Below are positions 36,217-42,769 of a stretch of DNA of 42,769 nucleotides, piece after piece. The notes under the pieces were generated by a model. The model made no database searches and was not told the DNA's origin. It saw only the letters and a program-made list of their open reading frames with translations. The stretch comes from Anaerolineae bacterium (GTDB taxonomy: Bacteria > Chloroflexota > Anaerolineae > Epilineales > Epilineaceae), in NCBI GenBank assembly GCA_029262755.1, contig JAJCYU010000237.1, forward strand, positions 1 through 42,769, in the 5' to 3' direction. Every line of letters starts with the position of its first letter. The first letter of the stretch is position 1. The translations under genes and the position numbers were made by a program.

Positions 36217-36396
36217 GGGGCCTCCTCGGCCTTGTCGTGCGACGCCTCGGATAGCGGTACGAGGGGGAGCAGGCGTCGCCGGTACTACATTCGCTGTACT
36301 CTTTAAGAGACGGGCGGAGCGACCGGCCCGAGCACGTGTGTGGAACTACGCAAATCGCCGTCCGTTCTCCAGGATGCCCGAGGAACGGGGGCGCGC

Positions 36397-36405
36397 ATGA
36401 TACCA
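36397..36405 (-). promoter_or_regulatory. Extended -10 (TGgTATCAT) for the 5586-aa gene
   Basis: TGGTATCAT in a locally AT-rich patch ~180 nt upstream of the ATG. Confidence 0.5.
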
Positions 36406-36787
36406 AATTGATCCGTGCAGCAGACATGCACGGCAACCGCACCGCCAACACGACAGACCGACGCCACTCAAGAGCGAGCAACACGGGGCAACACGAGGCG
36501 ATGCGCATCGTCGCGCAGATGCACCTGGCGGCCGGCGCGGCGATGCACCCTCGCGATGCTACTGCCTGTGACGCTGCATCGTGTCCGATCGTCACGCTCA
36601 GGTTGCAGGCAGCCACCCTAGGAGACGGCGCGACACGCCCTAGGTTACAAATTGGTTTCAGCGTAGCTCTGTGCGATTCGAAACGGCCCGCCTACATCGG
36701 CTCGGCGATCCAATGGCCGCGAAATTTCGAAGTCCGGTGCCTGGGCAAAGCGAATACCGAGCGCGCGGATGGACGAAACGCCCCAGC

Positions 36788-36842
36788 GCGGCCCTGCATG
36801 CGGCCCTGCATGGGGCCCTACGCTTTAGTCCGCCCTGCATGC
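36788..36842. repeat. Short 12-nt tandem repeat in the intergenic region
   Basis: GCGGCCCTGCAT occurs twice (36788-36811), followed by a degenerate third unit and GCCCTGCATGC at 36832-36842. Confidence 0.6.
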
Positions 36843-36913
36843 CGGGCGTGGTGGTGCTCCAACCGTAGCGCCCAGCGGCACTCGATTCACCGGAGCAATC
36901 TTTCCGTTCGCCC

Positions 36914-39900
36914 CTACCGCTGCACCAGCGGCAAGAAGATAGTCTGCGCATCGTGCCCACCGGTCTCGTCCGGAATCAGCTCGATGCCCTCGACCCGCAC
37001 GGGAATCTCACCCGCTCGCGGGTCCAGCAACCGCACGAGCTCCACCGAGAGCGCTTCCTCGGGCGCGGTTTCGTCGCCGACCGCCTCCAGCACCGCCGTA
37101 GCAAGCACCAGGTCACCGCGCATCGCCGGCGCGGGCCGAGCCCTGGTGGCGGCGAAGCGCAGCGATGCGCCGTCGCGCGTGGCCAGGTTGCGCGCCACGA
37201 AGGCGGCGTCGTCGCCACCCGTCCACCACGACGCGCCTGTGCCCAGCTGCGCGCCCGGCTCGTAGGCGTCCAGATCGACCCACCGCGCACGCGTCGGATC
37301 GAGCACGAGGCGTAGGTCCGCGCCGTAGACATCGCGCACATTGCGCACGGCGACGCGGACCACACGGCGGCCGTCGTCCTGCGCCGCCGCCTGGAACGTC
37401 AAGCTCGCCGCGCCCGAACCGGCATCGGATCCGCCCGCGACCCCCACCATCACCTCGGGCAGCTGCGCCTCGGACCACCATGGCAGCGGCCCGACGCTAT
37501 CGAGGCTGCCCGATACCATCACGATATCGAAGCGATCCACGCGGCCGTCCGCGTTGACGTCCGTCGCCGCGGGTCGCGGCTCGCCGTCAAGGGCTGCGCC
37601 GACGAGCACGAGGTCGGCCAAATCGACGCGACCATCGCTGTTGACGTCGCCGCCCGGCAGCGCCGACCACGGCAACTCGGTCTCGCGACCGGCCGCCACG
37701 GAGGTCATCGCCGCGATCGCAAGGTAGCCCGGCTGCCACGTGGCCAAGGCGTGCAGCCCCGGTGTGGCCCCGCACAAGCGGAAGCTGCCGCTGCGGTCGG
37801 TACGCGCCGCCGGGATCCCGTCGATGCGTACGATGGCGCCGTCGTGGCGCGAACGGCCGTCCAACGCGAGCTGGCCGACATAGCACCCGCGCGTCGCGGC
37901 CGGCGCCGAAGGCACGTTCGCGAAGCGCCCCATGGACGCGCGTGGCTCCATGGCATTCGTGACCGGATCGTGCACGACCACGCGGAATGCGGTGTACGAG
38001 CCTGCGGGAAGGGCCGGCGACGTCCAGGTGTACCGGTCGCCCGTGTCGATCGTCGAGCGGCTCGGCAGCGCCGCAACGGGCACCCACCCGGAGCCCGCGC
38101 CCATGGCTTGGATCTGGAACTCGCTCTCCGTGGTCGTATCGTCGATCCACGCCAGGCTCATGCGGCCATCCCCGCCCAGCGAGGAGCCCACCATGAAGCT
38201 GCCGCCGATGATCTCGAACCACGCGAATCCGCTGTTGTTGTCCAGGTTGAGATCCGGCGTCTGCGAGATAATCTCCACCGTATTGGTGACGAAGTGACTG
38301 CCCGTCGGCGGCACGAAGTTCAAGCGCCCGTTCACGAGGAACTCGATACTCGAACCCGAAGGAATGTCGCCCAGCGCGCAGGTGATCACCGTCGCACTGT
38401 CTACCGAGCACCCAGGATAGGTCGTGCTCTCGAGCGTGACGATGCCGTCCGTGGTCATCTCGAGCACGTCCGTAATCATCACGCCGACGGCTGTGATCGG
38501 ACCGCCGTTCGCGGCCGTCACCGTGTAGGTGATCAGCTCGCCGGCGGAGGACATGGTCTCGGTGATACCCTTCTTGACCGTAAGGTCAGCCGTCAGATTG
38601 GGATCGACAACGTCGACCTCGGCCTGATCCTCGTCGTTGTCCGGATTGGGATCATCGCCGGGCGCCGGCAGGGCGACACGTGCCGTGTTGGTGGCCGTGG
38701 TGCCTTCCAGCCCTGCCTCGACGCGCGCGACGATCTCGAAGGTGGTCATATCGCCCGCTGCGATATCGCCCGCCTCGCAGCGAAGCACACCGCTGGCCGG
38801 CGGGATCTCGGAGCACGAATCCGTGTCCGATACGTACGTAAGCGACATCGGAAGGGTGTCTGTCACCACGACGTCCCGCGCAAACGAAGCGCCGTTGTTG
38901 AGCACCGTGATCTCGTAGGTGACCTCTTCGTTCGTGGTCACCCACGGCGGATCCGCTCGCTTCTCGATCGCGAGATCGGCCTGCTCCCGTACGAGCGTGT
39001 CGTGCGTGGCGGTGTTGTCGCCGGTGAGCATCTCCGGCTGGTCGGAGCCGACGACCACCGTGTTGGTCAACACGGTGCCTTCCGTCTCGACGCTACGGAC
39101 AAGCCCAACCAAGGTCACCGTAGTCGATGCGCCCGCCCCGAGGGAGCCGAGGCTGCACACGATCTCCGGCATACCGCTGATGTCGCAACTCGCGTCGTCG
39201 GAGACGTGCATCACGCCGGGCGGCAACGTATCCGTGATGACCACGCCCGTTGCCGTCGAGACGCCTGCATTCGTGATGGTGAGCGTCCACGTGATGAGCA
39301 TTCCGGCCGTCACCTCGCCCTCGACGAGGGCGACGCCCGGCGGATCGCCGGCGGTCATGACCTCGCCGACCCCGGTCTTGGCCACCGCGAGGTCGACGGG
39401 GATGCTGACCCCGAAGTCGACCTCGTCGTGGTTGTTGCTCGGATCGGGATCGTCCGTGTCGCTGCTGACGTCCGCCATGTTCGTCACGATCATCTCTTCG
39501 AGAGCCGCGGTCGGTTCCGCCGTGATCTGTAGCGTGACGACCGCGCCAGGGCCCATGTCCCCCAAGGTGCACACGATCACCGGCGCACCCGAGACATCAC
39601 ACTCCGGATCCGCCGCGACGTTCGTCATACCGGTGGGCAACGTGTCGGTGACCACGACGCCGAGCGCCGTGGACGGACCCAGGTTGCGGACCGTGAGCGT
39701 GAAGGTGATGGTGTCGCCGCTCGCGACGCTCGACGGATCGGCGTCCTTCTCAACCGAGACATCGGCCGATGCGTCGACGTCTGTTTCCTGGGTCGCGGTG
39801 TTGTCGGCCGGGTTCGCCTCGTCTTCAATGGCGTAGGCTTCCGCGGTGTTCGTCAGGACGGAGCCGTCGGCCACATCGTCATCGACATCGACGACGATGC

Positions 39901-42769
39901 GAACGACCACGCTGGCGCCGGAGGCAAGGTCCGGCAGGTCGCACACGATGTTGGGCGACGCGTCGACGCAGCTCGCGCCGTTGGACGACACGAAGCTTAC
40001 GCCCGCGGGCAGGGTGTCGGTCAGCACGATCCCCGTCGCCAAGGACGGGCCCGCGTTGTTGACGGTCAGCGTGTAGGTCACGCGTCGACCGGCCGTCACC
40101 AGGTTGGGCAGCAACGCAATCGCGGGCGGGCTGCCCGGCACGACGACCTCGCCGACGCCGGACTTCGTCACGCCAAGGTCAACGCGCGGCGGGATGGTGA
40201 TCGTCTCGTCATCATCGTTGTCGGAAGGATCCGGATCCTCGCCCTCGGTCAGCCCGACGATCACCGTGTTGGTGAGCATCGAGTCCTCGAAGCCGGGCAG
40301 AACCTCGGCCACGATGCGCACGGAGGCCATCGCACCCGGCGATAGATCCCCGAGCCCGCACACAATCTGCGGAAGAGCGCCGATGTCACAGCCCCCGTCA
40401 TCCGAGACATAGGCCAGGCCCGCGGGCAGGGTGTCGGTCAGGGTAACGCCCGTTGCGACAGATGGCCCCGCGTTCGCGGCGGTCAATGTGAAGGTCACTT
40501 GCTCGCCGGTCCCGACCACGCTTGGGTCGGCCGACTTCAGCACAGCGACGTCGGCTGCCTGGTCGACGATGGTCGTCTGCGACGCATCGTTGTCGGACGG
40601 ATTCTCCTCGACCTGATCCGCGCCGACGGTGGCCGTGTTGACCAACGTCGCGCCGTGTGGAACATCCGCGGCGACATCCACGATGATGATGATGCTCGCC
40701 GTGCTGCTGGCGACCATATCGGGGAGCCCGCAGACCAACTGCGGCAGCCCGGAGGTGTCGCAGACCGGATCCGAGGCTACAAAGCTCGTCCCCGCCGGCA
40801 GGGTGTCCGTCACGTATACACCCGTGGCCGTCGCCGGCCCGGCGTTGGTGATCGCGAGGGTGTAGGTCAGGCGGCGCCCGGCCGTCACGCGGTCGGGCAG
40901 CACGGTCACGCCCGGCGGATCGCCGGCCGTGACGACTTCGCCCGCGCCGCTCTTGCCGATCGAAAGATCGAGCGTTCGTTCGACGTCGACCTCGTCGTCG
41001 TCTTCGTTGTCGCTTGGATCGGGATCCTCGTCATCGTGGCCGACCACGGCCGTATTGGTGAGGGTCAGCCCTTCCGTGCCGGCGTCGACGCTGACCACGA
41101 TACGCACGCTCGCCGACGAACCGGCTGTCAGGGTGCCGAGATCGCATACGACGACGGGAAGGCCACTCGTGTCGCAACCCCCGTCGTCGGAAACGTAGGT
41201 GACACCGGCGGGCAACGTGTCCGTCACGGTCACGCCGCTCGCGTCGCTTGGTCCGTCGTTGGTGACGGTCAACGTGTGGGTGACCGACGAGCCGACGGCC
41301 ACGATGGCCGGTCGCGCGGTCTTGATCAACGACAGGTCCGAGACGGAGCCTACCGTGGTCGTCTGGTCGTCGTCGTTGTTCGTATCGTCCGGATCGGCTT
41401 CGTTGCCGCCGACCTCGACCGTGTTGAGCAACAACGTACCGTCGGCAAGCCCCGCGTCCACATCCACCGCGACGGTGATCATCACCGTCGTCCCGCTTGT
41501 CATGGCGCCGATGGAGCATACGAGCGTCGGCAGACCGCTGCTGTCGCAGCCGCCGTCGTCCGACACGTAGGTCACGCCGGCGGGCAGCGTATCCGTGATC
41601 GTCACGCCGGTCGCATCGCTCGGGCCGCCGTTCGTCACGCTCAAGGTGTAGGTCAGGCGGCGCCCGGCCGTCACGGCATCCAGCACGATGGCCGTGCCCG
41701 GCGGATCACCGGCCGTGGTCACCTCGCCGGCGCCGCTCTTGGCAACGCGCAGATCCGCCAGGGCCGTAATCTCGGTGTCCGTAGAGTCGTCGTCGTTGCT
41801 GTCATCCGGATCCGGATCGTCGCCACCGACCACGACCGTGTTGGTGAGGATGGAACCGGCTGCGACGTCGAGATCGACGCGGGTCACGATGGTGATCACG
41901 GTCGAGCCGCCGGCCGCCAGGTTGCCCACGGAGCACACGATCTGCGGCAAGCTGCTGGTATCGCAGCCCGCGTCGTCCGACTCGTAGCTGAGCCCGCTCG
42001 GCAACGTGTCCGTGACGGTCACGCCCGTTGCGTTGCTCGGGCCGAGGTTATCAACCGTCAAGATGAAGGTCAGCAACTGCCCCGGCGCTCGCTGGTCATG
42101 CGAGGCCTGCTTCGCAACTCCCAGGTCCGTGCTGCGCTCGACGGTGACCGTCGTGTCGTCGTCGTTGTTGCCGTCATCTGGGTCGGGCTGGTCGCCGCCC
42201 GTTGTCGCGCCATTGGTCAGCAACGTGCCGGCGGCAAGGCCACCGTTCACGCGCACCACGACCACGACGCTCGTGCTCGCGCCATCCGGCAACGAACCCA
42301 GATTGCAAACGATCTGCGGCAGACCGCTCGTATCGCAGAACGCATCGTCCGACACGTAGCTCACGCCGGCGGGCAGCGTGTCGGTCACGGTCACACCCGT
42401 GGCGTCCGAAGGTCCGTTGTTGGTCACCTGCAGGGTGTAGGTAAGCAGCGCGCCGGCGACGACCGGATTGTCGCTGGCCGTCTTGACCAGCGCCAGGTCC
42501 ACCCGCGGCTGCAGCGTGACATCCACGGTATCGGTGTTGTTCGTCTCGTCGGGATCCGGGATGTCGGAGCTGGTCACGGCCGTGTTTGTCAGCACGGAGC
42601 CGGCCGGGGTCGCCTCATCCGCCCGCACGGTGATCGTGAAGCTGTAGGAGCCGCCGGAGATCAGGTTGGGCGCGCTGCACACCAGCGTGCCTACAGGGCC
42701 CTGGACGCAGGAGTCGCTGTCGAACTGATAGGTCACACCGGCGGGCAGCGTGTCGGTGACGAGCACGCC
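36914..42769 (-). CDS. Second giant DUF11-repeat surface protein, 5' part outside the window: at least 12 DUF11 repeats, Fn3-like, X/dockerin-like, cohesin-like, FLPLVQR C-terminal motif
   Basis: The frame is open to the window edge and the repeats are collinear with the 5586-aa protein. Dockerin-like GDVNSDGRVDLAD and TDVNADGRVDRFD. Cohesin-like VRVAVRNVRDVYGADLRLVLDP...FVARN....G.LRFAAT...PAMRGDLVLAT. Ends TIFLPLVQR. Confidence 0.9.
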   Translation of the reverse strand, partial: GVLVTDTLPAGVTYQFDSDSCVQGPVGTLVCSAPNLISGGSYSFTITVRADEATPAGSVLTNTAVTSSDIPDPDETNNTDTVDVTLQPRVDLALVKTASDNPVVAGALLTYTLQVTNNGPSDATGVTVTDTLPAGVSYVSDDAFCDTSGLPQIVCNLGSLPDGASTSVVVVVRVNGGLAAGTLLTNGATTGGDQPDPDDGNNDDDTTVTVERSTDLGVAKQASHDQRAPGQLLTFILTVDNLGPSNATGVTVTDTLPSGLSYESDDAGCDTSSLPQIVCSVGNLAAGGSTVITIVTRVDLDVAAGSILTNTVVVGGDDPDPDDSNDDDSTDTEITALADLRVAKSGAGEVTTAGDPPGTAIVLDAVTAGRRLTYTLSVTNGGPSDATGVTITDTLPAGVTYVSDDGGCDSSGLPTLVCSIGAMTSGTTVMITVAVDVDAGLADGTLLLNTVEVGGNEADPDDTNNDDDQTTTVGSVSDLSLIKTARPAIVAVGSSVTHTLTVTNDGPSDASGVTVTDTLPAGVTYVSDDGGCDTSGLPVVVCDLGTLTAGSSASVRIVVSVDAGTEGLTLTNTAVVGHDDEDPDPSDNEDDDEVDVERTLDLSIGKSGAGEVVTAGDPPGVTVLPDRVTAGRRLTYTLAITNAGPATATGVYVTDTLPAGTSFVASDPVCDTSGLPQLVCGLPDMVASSTASIIIIVDVAADVPHGATLVNTATVGADQVEENPSDNDASQTTIVDQAADVAVLKSADPSVVGTGEQVTFTLTAANAGPSVATGVTLTDTLPAGLAYVSDDGGCDIGALPQIVCGLGDLSPGAMASVRIVAEVLPGFEDSMLTNTVIVGLTEGEDPDPSDNDDDETITIPPRVDLGVTKSGVGEVVVPGSPPAIALLPNLVTAGRRVTYTLTVNNAGPSLATGIVLTDTLPAGVSFVSSNGASCVDASPNIVCDLPDLASGASVVVRIVVDVDDDVADGSVLTNTAEAYAIEDEANPADNTATQETDVDASADVSVEKDADPSSVASGDTITFTLTVRNLGPSTALGVVVTDTLPTGMTNVAADPECDVSGAPVIVCTLGDMGPGAVVTLQITAEPTAALEEMIVTNMADVSSDTDDPDPSNNHDEVDFGVSIPVDLAVAKTGVGEVMTAGDPPGVALVEGEVTAGMLITWTLTITNAGVSTATGVVITDTLPPGVMHVSDDASCDISGMPEIVCSLGSLGAGASTTVTLVGLVRSVETEGTVLTNTVVVGSDQPEMLTGDNTATHDTLVREQADLAIEKRADPPWVTTNEEVTYEITVLNNGASFARDVVVTDTLPMSLTYVSDTDSCSEIPPASGVLRCEAGDIAAGDMTTFEIVARVEAGLEGTTATNTARVALPAPGDDPNPDNDEDQAEVDVVDPNLTADLTVKKGITETMSSAGELITYTVTAANGGPITAVGVMITDVLEMTTDGIVTLESTTYPGCSVDSATVITCALGDIPSGSSIEFLVNGRLNFVPPTGSHFVTNTVEIISQTPDLNLDNNSGFAWFEIIGGSFMVGSSLGGDGRMSLAWIDDTTTESEFQIQAMGAGSGWVPVAALPSRSTIDTGDRYTWTSPALPAGSYTAFRVVVHDPVTNAMEPRASMGRFANVPSAPAATRGCYVGQLALDGRSRHDGAIVRIDGIPAARTDRSGSFRLCGATPGLHALATWQPGYLAIAAMTSVAAGRETELPWSALPGGDVNSDGRVDLADLVLVGAALDGEPRPAATDVNADGRVDRFDIVMVSGSLDSVGPLPWWSEAQLPEVMVGVAGGSDAGSGAASLTFQAAAQDDGRRVVRVAVRNVRDVYGADLRLVLDPTRARWVDLDAYEPGAQLGTGASWWTGGDDAAFVARNLATRDGASLRFAATRARPAPAMRGDLVLATAVLEAVGDETAPEEALSVELVRLLDPRAGEIPVRVEGIELIPDETGGHDAQTIFLPLVQR

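Noticed and set aside
36217..36913. c-di-GMP-I riboswitch upstream of the giant surface-protein gene
   Set aside because: No GCAAAC...GAAA...GACGCAAAGC core on the coding strand. The GGGCAAAG near 36743 is on the opposite strand and lacks the rest of the motif.
19456..42769. Calling the locus a true cellulosome or a type I-secreted RTX adhesin
   Set aside because: No recognisable glycoside hydrolase or CBM, only one cohesin-like domain, no GGxGxD RTX nonapeptides, and the complete protein has a Sec-type signal peptide.

Overview
High-GC bacterial window, probably Chloroflexota. This is an inference from the C-terminal '(F/S)LP-x-(V/L)-x-R' motifs on secreted proteins, the AGAAC-N4-GTTCT LexA-type box and the gene content. 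The left ~19 kb is mostly housekeeping: partial tsaC/sua5, an EF-G2-type fusA, a ferritin-like DUF892-type gene, ruvC, yebC, ftsK, two degenerate Nuo/Mrp antiporter-like membrane proteins, a membrane protein with a dockerin-like end, a secreted beta-propeller protein, mscS, a GNAT and gcvT. The right ~23 kb holds two tandem paralogous giant surface-protein genes on the minus strand. The complete one (5586 aa) has a signal peptide, a duplicated ~690-aa head domain of unknown family with anomalous codon usage, 30 DUF11-type repeats, an Fn3-like domain and an X-module/dockerin-like end. The partial one (>1950 aa) ends in Fn3, X/dockerin, a cohesin-like domain and an FLPLVQR motif. The best candidate for a new system is a non-cellulosomal cohesin-dockerin surface scaffold built from these giant proteins, with a third dockerin-like protein under an apparent SOS promoter. 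No rRNA, tRNA, CRISPR array or transposase was recognised. All calls come from reading motifs by eye; no database search was run.
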